A stretch of DNA of 64,000 nucleotides from Lingula anatina (GCA_051362555.1 CM120647.1:15910651-15974650), one strand, 5' to 3'. Shown: positions 1 through 12,223, counted from the stretch's first letter. Program-made: numbers and translations. The notes: generated by a model not told the origin, from the letters alone.

Positions 1-1818
1 AATCACTGGATAATTATCTCAATAGAAAACAAGGCCTTGTGTTTATGGCTGTTATCACCCCCTCCCCCCACCACTCACCTGCAGGACAGGTATAATTAGA
101 CAACAAAAGAGAGCAACAGGGTCTTTATGCAATCTTAGATGTGTCTTTTTTGTTTAGCACAGACAGGGAAAGGGGGGGGGGGCAGTTATACAAAGTTGCT
201 TAGGCTGAAATTTTAAGTCTACCTGGCATGTAATTCAGTAGCAGTCCTGTACAGATTGCTAATACTAATTGTTGGAATGATAAATGCTAAATTGTAGTGG
301 ACAAATACAAAAATTTCTTGAATGTTATTGGCCAAAATTTAGTTGTTCAAGTTAAGACCAACTTTCGGTCTGAAATGGAACTTGTGTGGAGCTGGTCCAG
401 CCACCTTATATCTTTGATGAAGTGAGGCTGTTTTAGTGTCTCCAGGGCTGTTAATCTACCTGCCACATTACCCAGGGGTCAGATGTTAGAGTCAGGTAGT
501 CAGATAAAAGGCAAAGAGGTGTTACGGAGTGGACCTTAATGGACAGTGTAAGGAGTTACTGGATGTGCAGTTTTGGAGACATGTTAGATGGATGAGGCAT
601 AGATCAATGTTGATATTCAAATATATTTATAAAAATATATTTGTAGAAAAAGTCAGGAGTCCCATAAAAGACAGAAGTGTTACTGAAGGCTGTTAAAAGT
701 GGACAGATTAACAATCAAGTCAACAAGGGCATAATTGGACAGTTTAAGAAGCCACTGTTAAATGGAAGAAGAAAATTGAAAGGACTGTTGTTGTTTTGTG
801 AAGCAAGAATTTAGTTTGGATAACTCAGGTGTGACACCTGACCTCTGTTTTCACTTCAACTGAAGTTTTGAACACTGTTTCTAAGCTAACCAGATTAGAT
901 ATCCCTTTTGTCTGTGTCATTGAGGTGTAAAACGGGAATCATTAACTACTGAGGCTTCTGTGTCCACTTATGCTGAGGCTTTGGACACTGTAACTGGATG
1001 AGGGATCCCTCGTCTCTTGAGGACTTCTATGCTGAGATTTTTGAAAAAGACCGCATATGGAAGTTTTACCTGCTGATGACAGCTTTTGGTGCTATGTGTT
1101 GAAGACAGATCTGCTTGACATTAAAAAAATAATTTGTGTCATCCTGATTTGATATCTTAACAGACTTTGTCATGTGTTTTTCCCTTGCTACTGGAGTTAT
1201 ACTGTAACAGTAGTTGACAAATCTTCATTATAGAGAGAGGGTGTTCTGCAAGTGATCATTCAGTCAGTGGACTGGTCCCACCTCAGCCGAGGTTGACTTC
1301 ATACACATATTTTTAAGCAAACCTTTTGAGGTATTGACGGAACTTCCTGGCATATATGGTTGTCATAGAAAGATATATAGACCAACTTCCAAGGGTTAAT
1401 ACAATTTGAAGGCTTAGCAGAAGAATTTCACATTTTTGCTAGCACTCTGCTGCACAATGTTTTCGTAAGTTTCGTCACCAGGTTTCTACAGATTATTGTC
1501 TTGGTAGATTATAGTTAAATTGGATGCAGAGTGTAATGTAAGGAATCAAATTAAGTTTCAAAATATGTACATACACCTGTATCTTGCAAGGTGATATAAA
1601 AAGAAGTAATGAAAAATGTTGAGAATTAATGTCAGACTCTATAAATGAATGTTGAGAAATCTAGTCTTAACAAGCTAATTTTTATGGAAAATACTTTTCC
1701 ATAAATTCCCATTTTATTTTCAACTAGTGGTCTCCAAACTGTTGATGACATAAAGCAAGTGTTAACACTTGAGAAACTATTTCTTATTATAAACTTTTTC
1801 CTTTTTTTTTTTTTTCAG

Positions 1819-2023
1819 GGTAGACCACTTGTATGCGTTTTTCATCCAATGGTCTCCAAACATCTACGGAGACGAGTCTGACATTGACCCTCAGGAACGA
1901 GGCTTCGTTATGATTGGTGAGGAGGAGGAGGAAGAAGAGCTAGCGCTGGAGGAAGAGCACTTTGTCACGCCATCGAAACGAATTCCAAGACGATTAACCC
2001 GAGTTGTCTCCAAGGATTGGGAG
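1819..2023 (+). CDS. OXR1: OXR1/NCOA7-family gene, exon A (VDHLYAFFIQWSPNIYG...SKDWE)
   Basis: Poly-T/CAG acceptor ending 1818, GTAGG donor at 2024. Peptide resembles the conserved 'RVDHLYTFFVQWSPDVYG...SWE' segment upstream of TLDc in NCOA7/OXR1. Confidence 0.9.
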
Positions 2024-2030
2024 GTAGGAT

Positions 2031-2207
2031 AGGCCCCATTTAGAATAGGGGACTAACTAGTCTGAGGGTCAAATAATGGTGACCCACTACAAAGCTTGTC
2101 GCTTAATCTGCTAATAGACATTGAATAGATATCCATGGGGAAGTATTCAAGTGGGTCGGCCATATTTGACCCTCAGACTAGTTAGTCCACTATTCTGAAT
2201 GCGACCC
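2031..2207. mobile_element. Harbinger-like fold-back MITE
   Basis: Long inverted repeat GGACTAACTAGTCTGAGGGTCAAATA / TATTTGACCCTCAGACTAGTTAGTCC; sibling at 5985-6164. Confidence 0.7.
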
Positions 2208-2266
2208 ATATTGTCTGGGTTTGCTGAGGCAGTATGCATTTTCACATCTGTATGATGGATTTGGAT

Positions 2267-2426
2267 CAGGCCCATAGCCAGGGGCGGGTTAGAAAGAACC
2301 GCCCTTTTTGTCAGGAAAAGGTCCATGCCAGGTAATATTTGATCTAGGTGCACCATAGTTTCATTGTAAAAAGTCCACTTGTTGGGAAAAAGAACCCCTC
2401 TTTGGAAACTGCTGGCTACGGGCCTG
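2267..2426. mobile_element. hAT-like MITE (~160 bp)
   Basis: TIR CAGGCCC(A/G)TAGCCAG / CTGGCTACGGGCCTG; TGGAT on both flanks; siblings at 46769 and 56261. Confidence 0.78.
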
Positions 2427-3000
2427 TGGATAGTTGGTTATTTGAAGAATGTTGCAATAACATTATGATATCTACATACTGATCATTTTTGTACTAGAAT
2501 AAGATACAATAACTAGAAGGAAAATGAATCTGAGTTTTCTTTGTAAATGGGGAAAATCTTTAATTTTGTCAAAAAAATTGGTCAATGTCAGAAAGCAAAA
2601 TTTGAAGAGTTAAAAATGGTTGTTTTGTAAGAATTAAGATATTGTAATAAATTTATGTCTAAGAAGAAGGATGGCTTGAGCAAAAATTCACAACAGAAAA
2701 GAATACAAAAGGTAATGATTTCCATTAAAATTCTGTTTTTTAACTTAGTTCTCAGTGTGTTTTAATATCCCTTTTATTTAGATCTTTCTGATTTGATCCC
2801 CTGAAATAGTTTTTAAGGCTCATAACATTTTCACTACTTATGTAATTTTATCCTTGAATTCAATTGTTCAGAACAAAACAGATATTCATGCTTATTTGAT
2901 TGATATTTTAGATAAGCGATATGGGCTCTTTTTATGACTAAAATGGCTCATTTACACAGCTACATTACCTAAAAACCAGTTACATTTGCATAAGCATATA

Positions 3001-3285
3001 CTGGGGGCGATTTCACAAAAGATTCATAGCCTGAAAATTGGTCTAAACTTTTGGAGCCTAAAAATTTGGTCTAAGAAGTTCAAGCTAAATCTATAGTAGT
3101 CCACTTATATCAAAAATATTATGTTGGATATTAAACATTTAGCCATGGTCTTTCCTGCCATAATACAGACTCAGTGTTTCATTTAACTGAACATCACTGA
3201 TTTAGGAGTCAAAGTAGACTCAAAGTTTGACTAAAAGTTTAGACCAAATTTTTAGGCTTCACCTCTTTTGTGGAACTGCAGCCAG
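3001..3285. mobile_element. Non-autonomous TIR element
   Basis: CTGGGGGCGATTTCACAAAAGA...AGCCTGAAAATTGGTCTAAACTTTT mirrored by AAAAGTTTAGACCAAATTTTTAGGCT...TTTTGTGGAACTGCAGCCAG. Confidence 0.62.
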
Positions 3286-3806
3286 ATCTTATCTTCTGTG
3301 GGATAACTTTATTAACATCATAATTTTCATCTGGATGGCCTGTGCAGGTTTTGTCAGTAAAAGATACATTTGACCACAGTATTGTATCTAGAGTTCTGCT
3401 GATTTCTGCCCAGTTTGCTGATAATGGGGTGTTTGGTATTGAGGTCATTGTCATGTGAGGTACCTAATTTGTGTCAATGTTATTCTAAAAAATTGTTTTT
3501 AGAAGATTGGAAAGTGAGTGATATCATAACATAATGTGACAGTGATGCAGACTTAGTCGTAAGTGAAAAGTATTTAAAAGTATGAAATGTAAATCATATG
3601 TTTCTGTCATAAAATTTGGGTCATGCTATTTAGATAGGCAGCCTAAGGCATGGCAGGAGATATTGAGACTTTGCAATATTTTTTACATGTGTGGATTTTT
3701 TTTTTTATTTTGAGTTTCCCTCATTTTTTCATGGAGAGTATGTGGGAATATCAAAGGAAGTTTTGATTTCTTGTTATTTTATTTTGAATTTTAGTTGTTG
3801 TCTCTG

Positions 3807-5442
3807 TTTTATGTACAGACACAGATGTGTCTGTACATATTGCCATCACCTGTGTCTGTCGTCGCCGTCGTCGCCGATGCCCGCGCCGTGCACTTTCCTT
3901 GTTAACACGATAAGTGGAGGGCAGTTTTACTTTTTGGCTTTATATTTACAGAGCTGATGAATATTCATAAAACGCAGGTCAAGTTCGAAAATCAGCATAA
4001 TCGGGCCATTATTGTAGAAGTTATGCTGTTTTTTCACTTTTCAGCGTATATGCAACCCTGTTAACACATTTTAAGGAAAACTGATATGACCACTCCTGTG
4101 TGTTTAATGACAATTGGCCTATCTGTTTTTTTTATATTGTGTTTACAGTGTTGCATATATGCTGAAAAGTGAAAAAAAAGCATAACTACTAAAATAGTGG
4201 CCCGATCATGCCGATTTTGGAACTTGACCTGCGTTTTAGTAAGATCAATTTTTCCTGTGAGTTTCATGACAACAGGCCTATCGTTTTTTGTTGAAATGTG
4301 TTTACAGTGTTGCATATATGCTGAAAAGTGAAAAAACAGCATAACTTTTACAATAATGGCCCGATCATGCTGATTTACTAACTTGACCTGCATTTTATGA
4401 ATATTCGTCAGCTCTGTAAATATAAAGCCAAAAAGTAAAACTGCCTTCCACTTATCGTGTTTACAAGGAAAGTGTACGGCGACGACGGCGACGACAGACG
4501 CAGGTGATGGCAATATGTACAGACACATCTGTGTCTGTACATAAAAAGTGTTAAAAATGGAAATAAACCCATTTCAGCACAGTGCTGTCTAGTTTACATT
4601 TTGGCATATTCAAGGTGTCACTTTGAAGTTCCATGGGCATGAAGACCTTTGCTAGTCACATTTTCTGAATATACATGATATTATTAAAAATTGATGATCA
4701 TTATGCTGTTAAACATTATGTAATATTGCATCAAAATTTGAAAATAAACCTATTTTGGGCACTGCTCCCATGATGACCATTTAAGGAAAACCATGTCATT
4801 TACTGTTCTCAAACTTACAGAAAGAAACATGGGACTTAAATACAGCTTCAGTAGGCAATGCAATCTGTTTGGTAATTCTTTCTGCTGGTTAAACAGTTTT
4901 TTTGTGAAAGTTTAATTTTTCACATATTGGCATTTTCAAGGTGTGACTTTGAAGTTCCACAGGCTTGAAGACCCATGGTAGTCACATTTTCTGAAAATCC
5001 ATGATACCTTTATTTTATTATTAAAAATTGATTGTCATTATGCTGTTAACCATTATGTAATATTGCATCAGAATAGAAGAACACAATTTTGGGTGCTGCT
5101 GCCATGAAAACCATTATGGGAAAACCATGTTACTTATGATTACCAAACTTTCAAAAAAGAAATACAGGACTAATATGCAGCCTGAGTTGGAAAAGCAGTC
5201 TAATTGACTTCTTTTTCTGGAAGTTATTCATTTTCAGAGTGTGAACTTGGAACTCCTATGGGGCTGAAGCCTTATGCTTGTTACACATTTTACTTACATT
5301 GGAATTACCTGTTGAGCATTATTAAAATTTGATGTTGAATTTGCAGTTTAACATAATGTACTTTTGCATCAGAATTGACTGTACCCTTTTTTGTTTTTTT
5401 CCTTCTTTTTGTCTGTACATTTGACAGCTTTGCTGCCTTGTT
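3807..5442 (+). mobile_element. HINE/DINE-1/pearl-like non-autonomous Helentron element, copy 1 (with internal inverted head)
   Basis: T-run + ATGTACAGACACAGATGTGTCTGTACAT palindrome, (GTCGCC)n microsatellite, ~159-bp repeats, 3' subTIR TGTCTGTACAT + CAGCTTTGCTG hairpin + CTTGTT. Confidence 0.82.
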
Positions 5443-5445
5443 TAG

Positions 5446-5562
5446 GTGGTAAGCATGGACGAGGCTCGCAGACGTCTGGAGGCTCTAGAAGTAGAAGACA
5501 CGTTACCATTGCCGGAGCTGATAGGCAAGTCTGCCATTCTGGAAGAGGAACACATTAAAGCT
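5446..5562 (+). CDS. OXR1: OXR1/NCOA7-family exon B (VVSMDEARRR...LPLPELIGKSAILEEEHIKA)
   Basis: TAG acceptor, GTAAGT donor, 117 nt, phase 0/0. Resembles the 'ITVEEAKRR...LP.L...SALL...HIE' start of the TLDc region. Confidence 0.9.
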
Positions 5563-5984
5563 GTAAGTTCATACAGCCAATCTGAGTTTCACGTCTTTTT
5601 CAGATGACTGACGATACCTCCATGAAAGTTTTTACCATAATTTTAGTGCCAAACTCACTTGTGTTGTCCACTGAGACATAAAATGTGGAATCTAAAGTTA
5701 CTGTAGTAATTGAAAATCAGTAGTTTATAAGGTTTAAAACTTAACAGATGTTTACTCTTCTTAATATATAAAACAATAATAATAATAATAACAATAATAA
5801 TAATAATAATAATACTTGACTGTATTTAATAATGCATATCAGTTGTAGTAAGGGCTAATACTGTGTATAGTTCTATATTATTATAATTTTATTTTTTTTT
5901 TGATTATGATAATTTAAATATGTAACTTAACAAATGAAGCGGCAAGTTCATCGTCAGGCTGGTATTGCAGCTCTGTTTGGCCAA

Positions 5985-6164
5985 GGGACTATTCAAAACC
6001 AAGTTGATCTGCGGACTAACTAATCTGCAGATCAAATATGGCCGACCCACTTGAAAGCTTGCCGCATTCTCAGCGGGGATTACACCACAAGCTTTTAAGT
6101 GGGCCGGCCATATTTGATCCTCAGATCAGTTAGTCTGGGAATCAACTTGGTTCTGAACAGGCCG
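5985..6164. mobile_element. Harbinger-like fold-back MITE (same family as 2031-2207)
   Basis: ~75-bp imperfect TIRs; CAA on both flanks (3-bp TSD). Confidence 0.72.
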
Positions 6165-6874
6165 CAAGAGAGAACTTCTTTTGAGTCAAAAGAACAATAC
6201 AAATGGCATGCTGAGGGTCGTTTAAGTGCCAGACTGCTATGCAAATGGTGAAATAGGTGCAGATGATCCATTAAAGTGTGTTATTAAGATCAGGCGTTTT
6301 CACTTAACAACTTACTTGATGGGAAAGACCGGCTGCTTGTAGACAGTGGAAGTTCATTGAGTAAAACATGATATGTACATTTCAAGGGTATTAGTTCGGT
6401 AATATCAAGTCCCAGAGAAGGGAATTATGCATTTGAATGAGGAAAAAAAAATCTTTATTTTTTTGTGTAGTATATAAGAAATCTGCCCTACATGTCAGGT
6501 TAACTTGAAAAAAAAAAATACCAAAATTAGAAATGAAAAGGATTATATTTTTCTTGGGGGGGGGGGGGGGGGGGGGGGGGATGGGGATGGGGATGGGAAG
6601 TGGACCAAGTGCAAAATAGCATGCTTGTATAATGCACATAATTTAATACTAAATGCATTATTCAGTTAAATATGCCTTGTGGAAGTTTTGTCTAAAGGTT
6701 TTTGTATCAGGAGAATTAAGTACACTGCCTGAGCCTCACACACTTACAAACTGCAGTCAAGCTTCCTGTTTTTACAGACAAACAAACACTCAGTTTCACA
6801 TAAGAAAAGATAGAATGTCATGAATTTATAAGAAGACTTGTATACTAAACTGTCTACAGGGATGAGGAGGATCT

Positions 6875-7575
6875 GTGGATTCAGTTGTGAAAGAAAAGTG
6901 AAAAGAAATGATTGACACCACATTTAAGTAACAGCTTACTCTCTCTGCACAAGAAGTTTCCCCCAAGGGCATAGAACTGCCTCTGGATCCAACTGAAATA
7001 TAAAAAAATGTTGACACCACATTTGATTAACATCTTCTCTCTCTTGCCTTTAGCTGAACAAGAAGCTTTCCTCTTAGGGCAAAGAGTTTTCCCTGAATCC
7101 AATTGAAATATTGAAAAAATATTGACACGGCAATTTAATAACACTCTCTCTCTCTCTCTCTCTCTCTCAGCTGAACAAGAAATTTCCCCTGAGGGCGGAG
7201 AGCTTTCCCTGGATCCAACTGAAATATTAAAAAAAAAATTACACCACAATTGATTAACATCCTTTCTGTCTCTCTCTCTCTTTCTCTCTCTTCTTTAGCT
7301 GAACAAGAAGCTTTCCTCTTAGGGCAAAGACCTTTCCCTGAATCCAATTGAAATATTGAAAAAATATTGACACCACATTTTATAAACACCCTTTCTCTCT
7401 CTCTCTCTTCTTCAGCTGAGCAAGAAGTTTTCCCTGATGGCAGAGAACTTCCCGTGGATTCATTTTGAAATCAAACACAATAGAAACCACATTTTATTAA
7501 CACCCTTTCTCTCTCTCCCTCTCTTTCAGCTGAACAAGAAACTTCCCCCTAGGGCAGAGGGTTACCCCTGGACTC
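6875..7575 (+). repeat. ~115-128-bp tandem repeat overlapping the exon C acceptor
   Basis: Unit (CT)n-AG-CTGA(A/G)CAAGAA...GGC..AG...CC.TG.AT recurs at 7054, 7171, 7299, 7416, 7530. Confidence 0.88.
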
Positions 7576-7682
7576 AGGTCTACAGTACAGAGCAGCATGG
7601 TTTTAGTCTCCACACACTGTACAGACTCATGCAGGGACTGGACAACCCAGTGATGATTGTAATCAAAGATACAGATGAACAG
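7530..7682 (+). CDS. OXR1: OXR1/NCOA7-family exon C, TLDc (LNKKLPPRAEGYPWTQVYSTEQHGFSLHTLYR...VIKDTDEQ)
   Basis: TLDc motif LP.R..GYPW...YST..HG.SL.TLYR. 153 nt, phase 0/0, CAG/GT boundaries. Confidence 0.93.
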
Positions 7683-7929
7683 GTTGGTTTGTTGGTTGTG
7701 AGTTTATAGTTTATCTGGTAATGTAAAGACCTGGACAACCCAGTGATGATTGTAATCAAAGATACAGATGAACAGGTAGGTTGATTGGGAACTTATAGTT
7801 TATAGTTTATCTGGATGTCTAAAGAACTGGACAGTTCAGTACTTTTAAACACTAAAAGGTACTGGATAAAGAGGTAAGGTGATTGTGAGTTCATAGTTTA
7901 CCTGGAAATCCCAAAAACTGGCCTACCCA

Positions 7930-9809
7930 TTTTTTATGTACAGACACAGATGTGTCTGTACATATTGCCATCACCTGCGTCTGTCGTCGCCGTCGCCGTC
8001 CCTGTCGCCGTCCCTGTCGCCGTCGATGTCGCCGTCGCCGTCGCCGTCGCCGTGCACTTTCATCGTTAACACGATAAGTGGAAGACAGTTTTACTTTTTG
8101 GCTTTTTATTTACAGAGCTGATAAATATTCATAAAACGCAGGTCAAGTTCGAAAATCAGCATGATCGGGCCATTATTGTAGAAGTTATGCTGTTTTTTCA
8201 TTTTTCAGCATATATGCAACATTGTTAACACATTTTAAGAAAAACCGATAGGCCTGTTGTCATGAAACTGACAGGAGTAATCAATCTTACTAAAACGCAG
8301 GTCAAGTTCGAAAATCGGCATGATCGGGCCACTATTTTAGTAGTTATGCTGTTTTTTCATTTTTCAGCATATATGCAACACTGTAAACACATTATAAGAA
8401 AAACAGAAAGCCCAATTGTCATTAAACTCACAGGAATGGTCAGTCTTACTAAAACGCAGGTTGAGTTCGAAAATCAGCATAATTGGGGCATTATTTTAGA
8501 AGTTAAGCTGTTTTTTCACATTTCCTCAGATTTCCTCAGATTTAATTCTTAGGCATGTTAATAGCCTTATTATTTAAGTAGTAAGATACTTAAAAGTGTT
8601 TGTTTGACATTTCCTGCATCTTTACAACATTATTAGTTGATTATGTAAAAATGATGGTAAACTTGTTATCGTATATTGTGTAATAAAGTGTCAAAAATGG
8701 AAATAAACTCATATCATTGCAGTTTGTCAGATTCAATCATCCACTATGTTTAGAATCTCAGAATGGAGGAAATTGGACATTTAACACTGTTTTTTGTTTT
8801 TTTTTTGATAATTTTGCCATCTCATCAATTTTCTTAGTTGATCATATAAAAATTGCAATAAACAGTTTATTTTGTTTTATGTTTAAAAAGTGTTAAAAAT
8901 GGGAATAAAACCATGTCACAACAGTGTTGTCTTGTTTACATTTTGGCATAATATTTTCAAGGTGTGACTTTGAAGTACCATTGGCCTGAAGACTTTTGCT
9001 GGTCACGTTTTCTGAATGTCCATGTTACTAATATTTTATTATTAAAAATTGATGGTCATTATGGTGTTAAACGTTATGTAATATTGCATCAAAATTTGGG
9101 AAAAAAAATATTTTGAGCACTGCTCCCATGATGACCATTTAAGAAAAATCATGTCACTTACTGTTCTCAAACTTACAGGAAAGAAACATGGGACTAAAAT
9201 ACAGCTTCAGTAGGCAATGCAGTCTGTTTGGTAATTCTTTCTGCTAGTTAAACAGTTTTTTTTTGTGAAAATTTAATTTTCACATATTGGCATTTTCAAG
9301 GTGTGACTTTGAAGTTCCATGGGCTTGAAGACCCATGCTAGTCACATTTTCTGAAAATCCAAGATACATATATTTTATTATTAAAAATTGACGGTCATTA
9401 TGCTGTTAACCATTATGTAATATTGCATCAGAATAGAAGAAAACACAATTTTGGGTGCTGCTGCCATGGTGACCATTATGGGAAAACCATGTTACTGATG
9501 ATTGCCAAACGTTCAAAAAAGAAATACAGGACTAAAATGCAGCCTGAGTTGGAAAAGCAGTCTAATTGGCTTCTTTTTCTGGAAGTTATACATTTTCAAA
9601 GTGTGAACTTGAACTGCCATGGGCCTGAAGCCTTATGCTTGTTACACATTTTACTTACATTAGTATTACCTGTTGAGCATAATTAAAATTTGATGTTGAA
9701 TTTGCAGTTTAACATAATGTACTTTTGCATCAGAATTGACAGTAGCCTATTTTGTGCATAGTTATTTCCTGTTTTTTGTCTGTACATTTGACAGCTTTGC
9801 TGCCTTGTT
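7930..9809 (+). mobile_element. HINE-like element, copy 2 (complete, ~1.9 kb)
   Basis: Same termini as copy 1. Three 159-bp monomers (marker at 8137, 8296, 8455). Inserted in T-rich sequence, no obvious TSD. Confidence 0.85.
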
Positions 9810-9940
9810 CTTGTTTGACTAAGAATGAACAGGTTTGTTCTGAGTCTATACAAAATGCTCTTACCCGTCTCCAGAAAGATGTTTGAGGCACATTTGGGTA
9901 TTTTTGTAAACCACCCTTAAGGATTGCTTTTTATCTCTGA

Positions 9941-10045
<105 letters not shown>

Positions 10046-10577
10046 TGACTGGGACCAGGGAGACGAGAATGTGTCTCTGAAGAGAACTCTACTAGCTGGA
10101 CTAAATTTTGACTTTATTTTAGGATTGCAGGGAGTGTCGTATCACTTGAATGCAATCACCACAAAAATTGAATTGATTTTAAGTTAGTCCAATTCTGGCA
10201 AATTTTTATAACTGTCACAATGGTAACAGTGCTAATAATACTGATAATAAGAATGGTTAAAATTTTGATGATAAAGGAAATTATAATAGATAATTGTACA
10301 ATAATTTTTTTAAACAAATCTTTGATAATAATGATATATTTATGGAAAGTAGAATTCAATTAAATGTTCAGTAGATTTAACAGTCTACAGAATTAAATAG
10401 TACAAATAGCAGCAAGACTGTTGTTATAAAAATGTGTTATAGAATATATATATTCATTGAACACAGAAAAATCAAGAAAATTTTCACATAATGTGCCCAA
10501 AAATTTGAGGATCTTAATAATGTGATTTTTTTTTTTCATATTTCCCAGTAACATGTATTTTATCATATTTTCCATAG

Positions 10578-10651
10578 ACATACAATTGGACGGGAGAGAA
10601 CACATTCTTTGTGAAAGGAAATCAGCACAGTCTGGCCATAGGAGCAGGAGA
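10578..10651 (+). CDS. OXR1: OXR1/NCOA7-family exon E (TYNWTGENTFFVKGNQHSLAIGAG)
   Basis: TLDc motif W.G.N.FF.KG...SL.IG.G. 74 nt, ends phase 2 with GTGAGT donor. Confidence 0.93.
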
Positions 10652-12223
10652 GTGAGTGTCTAAATAATTTAAGAATAGCAATGAACTTTGACCTTTTTTT
10701 ATGTACAGACACAGATGTGTCTGTACATATTGCCATCACCTGCGTCTGTCGTCGCCGTCACCGTCCCTGTCGCCGTCGATGTCGCCGTCGCCGTGCACTT
10801 TCATCGTTAACACGATAAGTGGAAGACAGTTTTACTTTTTGGCTTTATATTTACAGAGCTGATAAATATTCATAAAATGCAGGTCAAGTTCGAAAATCAG
10901 CATGATCGGGCCATTATTGTAGAAGTTATGCTGTTTTTTCATTTTTCAGCATATATGCAACCTTGTTAACACATTTCAACAAAAAACGATAGGCCTGTTG
11001 TCATGAAACTCACAGGAAAAATTGATCTTACTAAAACGCAGGTCAAGTTCAAAAATCGGCATGATCGGGCCACTATTTTAGTAGTTATGCTGTTTTTTCA
11101 TTTTTCAGCATATATGCAACACTGTAAACACATTATAAGAAAAACAGAAGGCCCAATTGTCATTAAACTCACAGGAATGGTCAGTCTTACTAAAACACAG
11201 GTTGAGTTCGAAAATCAGCATAATTGGGGCATTATTTTAGAAGTTAAGCTGTTTTTTCACATTTCCTCAGATTTCCTCAGATTTAATTCTTAGGCATGTT
11301 AATAGCCTTATTATTTAAGTAGTAAGATACTTAAAAGTGTTTGTTTGACATTTCCTGCATCTTTACAACATTGTTAGTTGATTATGTAAAAATGATGGTA
11401 AACTTGTTATCGTATATTGTGTAATAAAGTGTCAAAAATGGGAATAAACTCATATCATTGCAGTTTGTCAGATTCAATCATCCACTATGTTTAGAATATC
11501 AGAATGGAGGAAATTGGACATTTAACACTGTTTTTTTTGATAATTTTGCCATCTCATCAATTTTCTTAGTTGATCATATAAAAATTGCAATAAACTGTTT
11601 ATTTTGTTTTATGTTTAAAAAGTGTTAAAAATGGGAACAACAGTGTTGTCTTGTTTACATTTTGGCATAATATTTTCAAGGTGTGACTTTGAAGTACCAT
11701 TGGCCTGAAGACTTTTGCTGGTCACGTTTTCTGAATGTCCATGTTACTAATATTTTATTATTAAAAATTGATGGTTATTATGCTGTTAAACATTATGTAA
11801 TGTTGCATCAAAATTTGAAGAAACCCCTATTTTGGGCACTGCTCCCAAGATGACCATTTAAGAAAAACCATGTCACTTACTGTTTTCAAACTTACAGGAA
11901 AGAAACATGGGACTAACACCCCATTTCCAGGGCTCAACATAAATTTTTTAACCAGGTTGCCCCAGGGCAACCTGCCACATTTTTTTACTTGCCCAAACTT
12001 TGCCTCAACTTGCCCATTATTATTATATTAACGAAAAATTTTGAAACTCTCGATATGCAAATTTTTATCATTACATTTTACTGATGTATAAAAAATAAAA
12101 AAAATCAACTGTGTTAACTTTGTCATCTTTGAGTTTTTTATTTTTTCTAAATCCATGAACAAGTGGATTGGCAATCCTGACAGTCTGAGTGGTACCTGTC
12201 AAAATGAGTCTGATACTCAAAGG

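Noticed and set aside
1-1450. Coding exons or RNA genes in the first 1.4 kb
   Set aside because: No long ORF or recognisable motif. No tRNA or rRNA structure was recognised anywhere in the window by eye.
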